Assembly: GCA_973851085.1 (NCBI GenBank)
Contig: OZ316775.1
Coordinates: 15,624,001 to 15,688,000, forward strand
Source: Ptychomitrium polyphyllum
Taxonomy: Eukaryota
Direction of reading: 5' to 3'
DNA: 64,000 nt
In this document: positions 37,284 through 49,999 of the stretch, one piece after another
Numbering within the stretch: position 1 is the first letter of the stretch
How the letters are laid out: every line of letters begins with the position of its first letter
Notes under the pieces: model-generated
Seen by the model: only the letters and a program-made list of their open reading frames with translations
Told to the model about the DNA's origin: nothing
Database searches by the model: none
Translations under genes and position numbers: made by a program

Positions 37284-37709
37284 CATGCCTCCCCATTGGC
37301 CCACACTTTTACAATCCGAGATGGCGTCTATGGGGGGCAGGCCATGGCAATGATCATTTTTTCCAGGCAGTAGGAGACCCGGGTGCACAATCTCTGAAGC
37401 ATGTGACTCGGAAGGAAGATTTGTAGCACTGTCCTTTGTTCCTTGGAAAAAAATAACTAAAAAATCGGACGCCACAACTTTTTGTTCAACGGCATTTCTA
37501 AATAATATTGAAGGAAGGCGAAGAGTAACTAAATTTAAGACATTCAACTAACCTTTTCGAATGCCCCGCGACAGCACCTCCTCACACTCTGCTTTTCAGT
37601 GAAGAGGTTACCCCTGTACACTCCGCCAAATCGAGTAACAGTATTAAAAAACTCGACAATGAGCCATGCCTCCCCATTGGCCAACAGCTTTACAATCCGA
37701 GGTGGCGTC
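37284..37709. repeat. Pair of about 45-bp direct repeats (37284-37328 and 37665-37709) upstream of the DUF3754 gene
   Basis: CATGCCTCCCCATTGGCCCACACTTTTACAATCCGAGATGGCGTC versus CATGCCTCCCCATTGGCCAACAGCTTTACAATCCGAGGTGGCGTC. Confidence 0.85.
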
Positions 37710-39052
37710 CACGACGGGAGGCGCCCTCCCGTCGCCGAGCAGCGCGGCCGTGGCTATGGCGGACTAGAGTGGCCATAGCCGAGACCTTCCGGCGCGGCCA
37801 GTGTCAATTGCATTGTGCCGCTTCGTCGTCGCTCGAATTACTCCGTCGCTGTGCCCGTGGCGGAATGAAGCAGCAATCGTGGTGCTGCGCTGCTGCGTTT
37901 CCTAGCATTGCATTCAAATTCGTTCTGTGTGCTTTCAGCTCGGCATTCTACTCATTCGCTCTCGTGAGTTTTCTTGATTCTCTGGTTTCGTCCATCTTGT
38001 CATCACTGGCGAGGGCGTCGTCGCGGAAAATCTGTGTAGATTTAGTTATTAGTTTTTTAGTATTCGTTTGTTATTCTTTCAGCACATTTCCGGTGGAAGT
38101 TCTAGAAGTTTGCGCTGGAAGAAGTCACGGGGTGCGAGTTGTGTGCATTTTTAGGGATGGAAGTTGAAGTGCTTTCATTGTGGTGAGGTTTTGATAGTTT
38201 GACGTGGCACGATCGCGCTGGTTTCTTGTTCTCGTTTATTGGAGCTGTCTTCTAGGTCCACGGCTTCGTTTTGAATCGTGAGTGAGCTCGTTTCGATGTT
38301 TTTGAGAGGTTCGCAACTGAGAGATTGTGCCGTTTGTTTGCTATGGAGTGGATGTTAGTGTCAATGATTTGTATAGAGTAGAGGCATTTGAAACAGAATC
38401 CGGATTTGCGAGTTTCTGATTGCGCAACTATGACCTAGTCAAGACGCGAAGCGTCGGCCGTCTTTCCTTTCTGTTAATTTATCTTCTTTATTGTTTCTAA
38501 GCTTATGATTAAGACTGGTATCTCTATTTCACGTGCGAGCATCGCTCTTTGTGGAGCACTATATGTATCTTTCCTTCTCCTCATTCATTATTGGATCCTG
38601 GAACGGAGTCTCTGTTGGTTTCGTAGTCTTTCAGTGAAGTCAAGTATGAATGGCACAAATTTTCTTATCCGGAAACTCTTGGAGCAGGCGAATGTAGGCT
38701 GAGTGACTTTCCTCGTTTAATGTATTTATTTGGAGTAGTTTTCTCATTGAAATGGCTTTTATAATCACGCTGGTGATTTTCTAATTCTAAATTTTCAATT
38801 TTCAAGTAATCAGAACCAATTCTTTGCCTTAGTGGACCTAACTCTAAGAAGTATCAGCATTGGGCCGAAGTTCTGCTGGGAGTCTCTAAGTTGGATGCAA
38901 TTATCATCACGAGCATCCGCAGGGACGTTAGATTTTTTAGTTTCGTTTAGCATGTTGGAATTGGTGTCTAACCCTTACTGTTTGGTAACTATGGCATCAT
39001 CTGACATTTCTTGCTGTGCTGGCACCAGAGGCCTTGATTGCTTTGAGGCAAG

Positions 39053-42000
39053 ATGACGCAAACACGGAAAGATATCTTAGAAATCGACCGGGAGAGTGTC
39101 ATAATCATCTCTAAGCAAAAGTTAATAGATGGCTTGATCAATCTTATAGGTAAGCTCTCCTAAACTTTCCGTGTTCTTTCACATATTGGTAATTCTTATT
39201 ATGTTTATTTATTTGAACTCAGGCATCTGATTCTATTTATGAGCCTTTCTTCAGTACAAGTAGTTCTTCATAGGAGAAGTTGCATTGTATCAGAAAGGAA
39301 TTGGCAGTGAGAGTTCTGCTTCACTTGCATACGTTGTACTTTAAGATGGATTTTATCTTCCCAACTCATGTTATTGCCACAACTGATAACAGGACCGGAT
39401 GAGAGACCGGAGTTCAAACTTCTTTGCAGACGAGTTGAATCTAATATTCGTGCTTGGTACAACCTTCAGTTCGAGGACATGAACGTAAGATGGAGTTAGA
39501 CTTAGATGTAGAAGCTGTCTACTGCATTATATCATTCAAGCTGCCTATTCTACTTGACTGTTTTGCAACCTGTATTGTGAACTGGAAATTGAGATCTGTC
39601 GTGGAATATGATTTCGATGTCCGATTTTTACCAGTTGTCGGAATTTGTGATTGAGTTGATCATTTACTGAGCTGATTAAGCGGGAACTGGTTAATGATAG
39701 TTTGCTAAATGCAGCAAGTATCCTTCTGTTAAGGTATTAAAAGAAGGGTCTGATCAATCAAAATAATGGTTTGGCCATAACTTTTGCAGCAGCTTTATGC
39801 CCTATTTGATCCAGTCCATGGGCGAAGAAAGTTAGACCAGCTGCAACTCAGTCCTGCGAAGGTGGATGCTTTGGAGCAGCGCTTCTTGAAAATCTTGTTT
39901 CAGGTGCATCTTCTTTGAGTTCGGATTTCAATTATATCACTCTTCTTTGCTCAGCATGCTGGTTCTTTCCTTTGCTTATCCTTGAATTCCTTCTTAATTA
40001 AGCATTTGGAACGCCAGAGCTTGTGATAGATCATCATGCATGTGGTGACGCGTACAGAGCATGCTTTAACGACTTCTGCTTTTGAACTAGTTTTTGAATA
40101 CAGAAGGCTGTGATTTCTTTTGACTCTGAGGCTTTTTCTTATTGAAATTGTTAAGGAATGTTTCCATGCGACTTCAAATTTATTCATAAGAGCTGGCGTT
40201 AATGAAGAGTTTATTTCTAACAGGATCCTGGCCTGCGTCCACAGGAATTTCACTCACTTTTCACATGTTTGTTACTGTAGGTGATGGAGAAGAGCAACTT
40301 CCAAATACTTAACGATGCAGAGGTAGAACTGGCACAGGCGGGCCAGTACCTTTTGAATATGCCAATTGCGGTTGACAAATCCAAGGTGGTGTTAAATTTT
40401 CATTTGAGTGGCCTGTTTATCATTAGTACTGCAGAAAATCACACTCTTTCTTTAGTGGAACCTTTGTGTTCTCCTGGCATGGTAAAGCGGCATTTGGCCA
40501 TCAGATTTGGCAGTTAATAAGTTTGTTTCGAAGAATTGAGACTTTTGCAGATTTTACTCAATGAACGCTATGTGGTGATGATTTGGGGGGTTTGCAGTTG
40601 GACAAGAAGTTGTTGACCACGTATTTCAAGGAAAATAAAGTTGATGAAGTGCCTTCTTATGCAGATCAGGTATTGAGATTATGTCTTTAAAGTCATTCTG
40701 CTAAATACTCAAATATATGCTTGAGAAGCTGTAGTAGCTTTTTCGGAGTGCACTCTTCATTCTTTAAAGTAGCAACGCTTGCAAGCTTTCTCTTGTAATA
40801 TTCACATGCCATTGCTGACAAGCTTATTTCATACACCGATCCATCATGGCTCTTTTACCTACATGCATACCAGCATCTACATGCCGCTTAATTGGATGTT
40901 TATTAATTGCAAAGTCTTTGCTGAAGATGGATAAGGAATAAATGCAGGATATCAACCATTCGATTCTTACTAAATAGGAGCATCTTAATACATTGTTTGC
41001 TCGTCGCTTTTTGTTTTAAGTAGATTTTAGTCCCCAATGGGCTTTTGGCCTCCTCGTCAGGGCTGCGTTTTTTAGAGACATCAATCTCATCCTTCTATTT
41101 CTCATGTGGTGGAAGAAGTGCCGACTTTGGTATGTTTTGTGTAAATTGTATATTTATTTGTTCATGCCGATGTCTGACATATTTTCATTATTTTATGTTC
41201 TTAGTACATCATTTTTCGACGTGGAATTGGAATCGATAAAACCACAGATTATTTCATTATGCCCAAGCTGGATCTCCTCATCGAACGTATTTGGAACTGG
41301 ACTCTCCAAAAACTAGGGTGATTTTCTTGCCTATCTGTGAATTTTAGACCTCAAGATTTCACATTCAGGTTGCTGTCGACTGTTTTCTTCTAGTCTCACC
41401 CTTTTCTGTGTATAAATCAGGCTGCAAAAGTCACCGAATCAGCGACCTGCCCATTTACACTCTTTGTCAAGAAGGCGATCACAAGTCGACAAACCATCGG
41501 AAGATAACATGCAGAATGAAGAGAGAGATTCTGGAGCTGGCGGTAGCGAACTCCGATTTGAACGCATTCGAATCCAGAATATGGATATCAGGTCAGAGGG
41601 GATGACTCTGCTGCCTCAATTTAGAACTTCATCTTTTGCAGTATGCGACGCTGGTTTTTCTAACATTAAATGGTCTCTTGAAGAACGAGGGACCGTATTT
41701 GTGGGAAGGAGAGAGTAAAGGAGTCATAAGAAATATAATCTGCTAACGTTGAAGGTTATGGGTTGCCCTGAAAATCCAATGACATGATACTCAAAGCTTC
41801 TGTTGCAAGTGACACAGTTTTAAAAATCTCTTCACTCAAAATACGGTGCAGGAGCCTACGTTTGACCGTATGATCGTGGTTTACAGGTACTTTTTTTGTG
41901 TTTAGTCCCATACATAGATAGGACTTCAGAAAGTATACGTTAGGGATACTCTACATGCTTGTAGAAGAAGCATCTAGTTTTCCTAGCTCATATTAACTAT

Positions 42001-44321
42001 TGCATTAGGTTAGAAAGTCGCATCGTTAGCTAGATTCTATGCCATAGTGGTTTGAATTTTCTCTTGCAACATCAGGATTGAGGTCACTTATTAAGGATGG
42101 GTTTGTCCTCGTTGAAATGATAACACATTTGGGTATATATTCAAATTTGAATTTTCCAAATGTGCAGGGGTGCCTCTAAACCGCATCACATTCTTAATCC
42201 CCTGGGAGACCGGTCTATTCATATCCGGCACTTCCGAAACATCCCACTGGCTGACATGGAGCTTGTTCTTGTAAGTTGGCAACCCTAATATACCTAATAT
42301 AATGTGAACTTTTAGATAGCATTTAATTTGTCATGCCACCAGTTCTTTGCAGTGTGTAAGCATGAAGTGTTTTCGTGTTCCTTCAGTGCTACGGCATTTT
42401 GTGCAAGATCGAACTTTGAAAATCTTAATATTGATAATTGGTGAAACCCTACTGGTTCCATGTTAAAGTTCTCTATCATAACAAGTGGTATCCTGTATAA
42501 CATAAACCAGCAGTCAGTTGAAGTGATCCTCAAAAACTAAAGTTTTCGTTTGTGTTAATTCAGCCTGAGAAGAAGAACCCGGGCTTGACACCTATGGACT
42601 GGGTTAAATTATCCATATCTGCAGTTCTTGGCCTGGTGAGTTTTGTGTATCAACTATATGAGCTCGCACTTCTAAGTGCTATCCTTTTGCTGTAGCGCAA
42701 CGCATAGTCTTGTTGATGTTGACAAGAGTACCTTTGTTAAGTTGTGTTATTGCTATGCAGGTTGCTTTGTTTGGATCAACAGAATCTGGGAAGGGTGATA
42801 TATGGGTCCTGGTTGCCATCTTGGGTGGCATCATTGGTTATATTGCAAAGATATACTTCACGTACGTACTGTTTATATCCAAAATCCTTTGTTCAAAGAG
42901 TCAAAAAAATTAAAATGATTTGGTATCAGTTACCTGTGAATAGACGTTTCCCTAAGCCATTGAAAATTCTAGAGATTTAAGCAATGTAATTGCCAGCCTT
43001 TTATTGATTTTCTATGTTCTTCAAATGTGATGAATGACCATTAGTTGCTTCGCCTTTCTTTAAGTTTTTTGAGGAAATTTGAGCATGCAGACTTCTAGGT
43101 ACCATCAGTATATCTTTGCATAGAATGAGATATATTTTGTGATATGCCAGTAATGATGCAAACGTTCTCTGATAATTCTGGATTTTGAATATCGTGTGAA
43201 ATTTAACTGGTTTCGGCGTGTGCTTTGCAGATTCCAGGCCAATCTCGTGCTGTATCAGAATCTCATTACTCAATCCTTATATGACAAGCAGCTTGATAGT
43301 GGAAGGGGTACTCTACTTCATCTCTGTGACGATGTCATCCAGCAAGAGGTTTGGCGCAATTTACTGTTCATTGATTCTTTGCTGACACATGTTCATTTTT
43401 TTAAACCAGTGAATACCTTCGTGTGTCATTTGTGTGGGAGGACATGAATCACATGACTCTTGCGGCATGACCCCTTTCTTAGTGCTACTTGAGATTTATT
43501 CATGTTTTGGTTCCTTTTCGCATGAGCACTGGACTTTCCTGGAGCGAGTGTAATTTTTCTCAGGAAGCCACATGCTGGTTACTCTGGTAGCTTAGTTTGA
43601 GCTTCTCTTGTAATATTCCTACTTGCAGGTGAAAGAAGTGGTTATGGCTTACTTTGTTTTGATGAGTCAAGGCAAAGCTACTGAACAGGTGAGTAATAAA
43701 TCGAGCGGCCTCCCTGGAGTTATATACAATTGTTAATATTGTATCCTGCTTCTTATGTTGATTCAAATTCCGAAAGAATGTTTTTTCTTTGAATTCCGGA
43801 TCTCTTTCTTGTTTACGAGTTTGTGGCGATGCGGACAAAGATTTCATATTGCTACTTGGAAGGACATAAAAATTGTGATATGTGGGCTGAAACAGGAATT
43901 AGATAGACGATGTGAGCAGCTGATGGTCTCAAAATTTGGTGAAAAATGTGACTTCGATGTTGAAGATGCACTAGTGAAGTTGGAAAAGCTGGAGATTGTT
44001 ACAAAAGTAAGTCTTATTACCTAGCATTTGATTTTCTTGTCGAACTTGCTTATTCTTATCTACTTTCATAGTTACTATATACATTTCTCTACTGCATAGT
44101 CGAATTATGAAAACTGTTGTATCTATTGAATTGTTACGAACTGTATGTGCTCAATCCTTAGCAACAACTTTCAGAGGGCAATAATGTCGCTAAGTTGTGG
44201 CTATTGATTCCAAACTATCTAGGATGATAATGGGAAGTACTCTCATCAACCTCTGAAGAAAGCAAACCATGCTATTGGTGCAACTACCGACGAGCTTGTT
44301 GAAATAAAAAGCAAGCGCTAA
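39053..44321 (+). CDS. DUF3754 family protein (TMEM143-like, plant At3g19340/At5g13940 type), about 15 coding exons
   Basis: Spliced exons give [19 protein letters not shown]..., [38 protein letters not shown]...[128 protein letters not shown] and ...[15 protein letters not shown] (TAA 44319-44321). Confidence 0.92.
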
Positions 44322-45494
44322 TGTTGAAAGGGCTTGAGGTTTTATGTAAGAGCTTTCGAACTATTCCAAACTTGTAATGAGCAGAATGGAACTGGCGAGC
44401 AACTTGTACAGTTCTTGTTGCTACATGAGTGCCAGAGTAGTGTACTTTACTGTTCCCTAACTTCATTGTTGACTTTTCTCAAGTACAATAAAATTTGGTT
44501 CTTTGTGTCTTTTGTATCTTCCTGAGGAATGTGACCTCCCAGACTGTAGTAACCAGGAACTTGTTTAGGAGGCTTGTTAGGCTTGTGTTAAAAGTCTGTC
44601 ATTTGTGTACTGTGTAAAACTGACTAAACTTTAAAAGAGCTTGAATCACCAATAGCTGACATCATCTAACAGGTGTTACGAAGCAGTTTTACGTACCAAT
44701 TTAAGACACAGATGAGGAGCTTTATTTTCTCAGTACAGGGAATATTTTGGTGACTTACGTGATTGAAATACGCATTTAATCGAAGCACAAGGACGTTCTA
44801 ATGCACTAAAAATCAGCGGACGAACTCGTTATATTTGTAAGCGAACTTGGGACGTGATCTTAATAACGTATTTTCAATCGACTGTTAGGATCTAGTTCTA
44901 TAAAAGTTTCATCTAATTTGGTTTTTGGTTTCTATTAGCGAAGAGATATTTCTCGAATTTTTACGATAAGGATTCTACATTGACAATTACCTTAGATTCC
45001 TCCAACTGCTTTGTTTTGTATGAAGTCCCAGTTTGCAGTCAGAAAATGAGTAAGCTTTTTGAGTTTTGTTCCCAGTGTGCCGTAGTAAATGCCACCCATT
45101 CTCACACATGTTCTCGCTAAATTTGCGAGCGAATATGACTTGCACAGAAATTTACAAGGTAACTTATGAATCTATGAATGAAAGTTTCAAACTAGAGATT
45201 TGTTTTGGTTGCGCTTCATCACTATGGCACAACTGCAGGGTACTACAGTTGCCGACATAATTCCAATTCAAACTTTCAGATTTTCTAATGGCGGCATTTT
45301 GCAGCTACTGTACAATAACAATGCTGTGTTCCGGGCCGAAAACAAAAGTCACTCTAAAATTAGCTGCGCATTAACACCGCGGTTTTGGAGGTAGAGTAGC
45401 CAGTTTCCGTGGTCACTAGGAACAGCCGAAGTTGTCCGCTCATCTCGGTGACTTAATCCATGCGAGCTCCTCTGGTGCAATCCAGGTGCAGCTC

Positions 45495-45552
45495 CACCTT
45501 ATCCAATGAGGGATTTTCGTGCTGTCTGCTGGTGATACTCCTGGTTATATGG
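45495..45552 (+). promoter_or_regulatory. Light-regulated promoter elements of LHCB copy 1 (I-box GATAAGG on the minus strand overlapping CCAAT, plus a TATA-like motif)
   Basis: CCTTATCCAAT at about 45497 and GTTATATGG at about 45544, roughly 90-140 nt upstream of the ATG. I-box/CCAAT motifs are typical of Lhcb promoters. Confidence 0.5.
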
Positions 45553-45638
45553 TTGCTACCTCCACTTCTCCTTTCATCATTCTCATCTCTTCTTACTCTT
45601 CTGTGTTTTCTGCCTGTGAAGTACTCTTCGCAGTAGCC

Positions 45639-46812
45639 ATGGCCGCCGCTACTGCCATGCACTCTACAACACTGGCTGGGCAGTCTCTGCTCAAGCCTGT
45701 CAACGAGCTCGTACGCCAGGTGGGCAGCAGTGAGGCTCGCGTCTCCATGCGCAAGTCCGCCAGCAAGTCTTCTGGCATCGACAGCATCTGGTATGGTTTT
45801 TACCAAGCTGATTCATGCTGAGCTTCTCTACATTGTAGTTTTTGGTTGTGAATTTGCATATGCGTAATATTTGGAAGCGCAACTCTGCTGCATTGCCAAC
45901 AACAGTGTGCTGCCATTTCTCTTGAGTTGAGGAGATTGATGTTTTCAGCACCTACACATTGAGAGTTCAAAATCTCCTCCATCGGACAAGGGCTTCCGGA
46001 CTGTAGTGAACGTGCTGGTGATGACGCTGTAAACGACATGAATTAAATGCGCTCTATTTCTGGTTTGCAAGATCACGTATAACATGGATATCAATTTTGT
46101 AGGGCACATCTGATTTTGAGATATACACTGCTTGAACGATTACTGTCATGGGCATGGCAGGTACGGAGCCGACCGACCCAAGTTCCTGGGCCCCTTCTCG
46201 GAGAACACCCCCTCGTACCTGAACGGTGAGTTCGCCGGCGACTACGGATGGGACACCGCCGGGCTGTCGTCCGACCCCGAGACGTTCGCCCGCAACCGCG
46301 AGCTGGAGGTCATCCACGCCCGCTGGGCCATGCTGGGAGCTCTGGGGTGCCTGACCCCCGAGCTGCTGGCGAAGAGCGGAGTGAAGTTCGGCGAGGCCGT
46401 GTGGTTCAAGGCCGGAGCCCAGATCTTCAGCGAGGGAGGGCTTGACTACCTGGGCAACCCGAGCCTGGTGCACGCGCAGAGCATCTTGGCCATCTGGGCA
46501 TGCCAGGTGATCCTGATGGGAGCCGTGGAGGGATACAGAGTGGCGGGCGGACCGTTGGGCGATGTGACGGACCCGATCTACCCGGGAGGGTCGTTCGACC
46601 CCTTGGGCTTGGCCGACGACCCCGACACGTTCGCGGAGCTGAAGGTGAAGGAGATCAAGAACGGGCGTCTGGCGATGTTCTCGATGTTCGGGTTCTTCGT
46701 GCAGGCGATCGTGACCGGCAAGGGACCTCTGGAGAACTTGAACGACCACTTGGCCGACCCGGTGGCCAACAACGCCTGGGCATATGCCACCAACTTCACC
46801 CCTGGGAACTAG
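45639..46812 (+). CDS. LHCB: Major light-harvesting chlorophyll a/b-binding protein of LHCII (Lhcb1/Lhcbm type), copy 1, 267 aa
   Basis: Exon 1 45639-45790 (transit peptide [20 protein letters not shown]...SIW) and exon 2 46161-46812 ([13 protein letters not shown]...[13 protein letters not shown]...[24 protein letters not shown]...ATNFTPGN*). Confidence 0.97.
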
Positions 46813-49800
46813 GTCTCGTGAAGGACATAATTATTATAGAACCCTTGAAAAATGTAATGTAGAGATCGCGAGGAGATACTAGATTGATCATGTGCCATGA
46901 TGACCGCTTGTCCAACCATTATGGCACTAATAAATTTTATTTTTCACAACTTTATTGTATGTATCCTGTTTTGTTGAAGTAGGAGTGATCTGTACAAATT
47001 CGAAAGGTGGTATTTGCAGGAAGCAGAGATCAGTCTCGTTCGGACTCTTTGATCATTTGTGAAGATTGTCAATGAGATGCGAATTTCAAATAAATGAAGA
47101 TATTTAACGTAGAAGTTTTAGTTTTACATATGGAACTTGCTGAAGTGTTTTTTCAATGAGAGTGTTTCTCTTTGATCAGTTATACCAGCTCCATATCACA
47201 TTTCAATTAGTAAACCTTAATCTATCCATCAGAAATTCAAAGTTAGGACGACTGCCTTTTGCCAACATGTCAGTGGTCAAAATGTCACGACACCTTGCAG
47301 TTTAACTGGCCACTTCAAATGCAGCCTGGTATCGATCACGCTTCTAAATTGTCTTTGCGAGCTTGGCGCAGAAGTCCTTTGTAAACTGGAATTATAGGGC
47401 CCTCTTCCAGCAACAATCCGTTGCCATGTCACCCTGCTTCAATACTGCATTCGCCAATGAAAAGCTACAAGGCGTCTTATGCCCTACAAATTTAAGAGTA
47501 CAAGTATTATTTATAAGGATATCATAACCACGTTTTAACAATAAGTACCTTAGTCTACAATACCTAAAAAGAAAAAAGTTACCTATATTGGAAGTGCTTC
47601 CGCAATGTGCAATAACTCTACAGTTGCAGTGGTAGGAACACATGCGTCTCCTCCGTTACCTGAAACATTTAATGACTCAAGTGGCTTGATTTTATACAGT
47701 TTTGTGGCACTCGCAAATTTAGTCATACATTTTATGGAAGCAACGAACTTTAAAACATCATGGCAAACTTCTTAATACAGACAATCAAAATCAAAGACTT
47801 TTAGATTTTATTTAAGAAATGTTAAAGAGAGCCCTTATCTTTTTGTTCTTGCCTCAGGCTTGCTCTTGTGACAATTTACACAAAAAATCACAGTTAATCC
47901 TACACCGATGCATCTCTGGTAGCAATGGGGGCTGCTGCAATGGCACTATGACCCCTGGTACATTTGGGGCTGCTTGGTCCTGCAATCTCCTGACTTCTCC
48001 TCTTACCAAGTCTGCGATCACACGATCTGCAGCTGCAAGGCGTCTCAATGTAGGCTGCAGTTAAGAAACTCAAGTTAGATATTGTTGCTAGATTTTGTTC
48101 CACTAGCTTGAATTCAAACAAAGTCAATACACTTCACATTGGGTCGTCGATTTGGAGTCCTCTCCTGCCTGTGCCGACATGCTTCACTCCTTACGTCCAT
48201 TCATGTTGGCTGTTACGAGCAACTGAATCAAGTATTACAACCGCGTTAAAATTAACAAGAACTAATGCTACAGCGTAATAAAATGATGATAAATCGCTTC
48301 AAAATCTTGAAGCATAAAGATTCTGCTTGTGTTCATCAACTTAAAGTCTTGTCTATGGAGGTTCAGAATCTGTTGCACCTCCGGTGCTAGACTTGACTTA
48401 ACGAGACAGAGCTGCAATATTGCAGACATTTGCTTCTCTCAATTCCTACATCCCACAGTAATAGCACATTTACCACTATTAAGTGCTTAAAAGTCTTAAT
48501 TAGCAGCAAGCTACAAGACATTTTCTACTGAGTTTCTTCACTACTAGCAACCAAGGGAGTTATCATAGTAAACCTCAGTCCCTACCTCCTACATTAGACT
48601 CAGTAAATTGGCGCATCACAAAAAGGGCACAGAAATACCAAGGACATAACTGTATGCACAGTAGTCTTAGTTTGTGGCATGTGGGCAACAGAATAAATCA
48701 TGTATGTACATTAGTTCTAATTTGCACCTAGCGACAGATCAACATAGTAGGCCACTATTCTTGGAAAGGAAATAAGGAGATATAGTTTTGCCGATCACGT
48801 ACGAAGCTGCCATAAAAATGGAGGTAGCTGCAGGTTTGAGAGGTGCGTCCGTAATTATAGAAGTCGATTGAGGGAGCAGAAGCTTCCGTACCTGATCCTG
48901 CAGACACAAGAGAGATTCTTGAGATGAGAATGGTGGCTGCACCTCTAGCCCAAAAGATGCAGACACAAACTTATGACTCTTTTGTACAGAGAGTGCTACT
49001 TTTATTTGTGCATAAGGTGAACGGTTAACTTGAAGACTATCAAGGTTGCAACAGCTACAAACTTGGTTCATCACAAAACCTAGCAGGACCTAATCAGCTA
49101 AGTCACTTCCAAACTTCACAAGAGATGATAAATCACTTCCAAAACTTAGAGCACAAGGATTTTTCTGAGTTATGATGATCATCAACCCTCAGCAACAAGT
49201 CCCCAGCTGTTCATTAGCAGGCTCAACACGTACTGTCCTTGCTCACAGAAAGAGACTTCATCGCTCGGGATTTTCCAAGTCTCCATCTCCGGACAACCCA
49301 AGCTGGTCTCCAGCTCAGTCAGTATTTAACAAGTTTGATGAAACCAAGTAGCACATAAGTTGAAACTTCATAACGAATACATCTAAACGCAACCCCAAAC
49401 AAATGTTACAGCATCAAGGCCGCGCACGATGTCTGCTACTCGCCCAACTCCCCCACACCCTCGTTACCAGTGGACCCTCACTGAGATTGAAGCGTCTTGA
49501 GCCCTGCAACCAAGTGCCAGTCGCCAACATTGCTACAACACACTCACAAAATCACATGCCAAAATTTAGGCAAGTTGTATACCAAAAAAGTTTCACAATG
49601 GCAAATAATGGAAATATTTCGAGTTAGATATCCTGTTTTAGATAATATTGATCCTTGAACACTACCTGTTGACTATAGGTAACAGTATCCCAAATGATAG
49701 GGAACTTTGAATCGCATTTGCACAACTCCAATGGGTTCAAACGAGTTGTGATGAACATAGTTTGTAGCTGTTGCAACCTTGATAGTATTTTCAAGTACAA

Positions 49801-49830
49801 ACAGTGAGAGTATTTCACCTGCCTGAATTT

Positions 49831-49909
49831 GTTTTCATCTTTCATAATTTGAAATGAGTTTTCATCTTTCATAATTTGAAATGAGTTTTCATCTTTCATA
49901 ATTCGAAAT
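49831..49909. repeat. 27-bp tandem repeat, about 3 copies
   Basis: GTTTTCATCTTTCATAATTTGAAATGA at 49831, 49858 and partially 49885. Confidence 0.92.
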
Positions 49910-49999
49910 CACGCACTATGACACTTTATCAAAGGAGCATTGCAGGTAGGACCAAAAGACTTGGCACTGTCAAGAACCTGCAAATTACAGCTCATGAAT

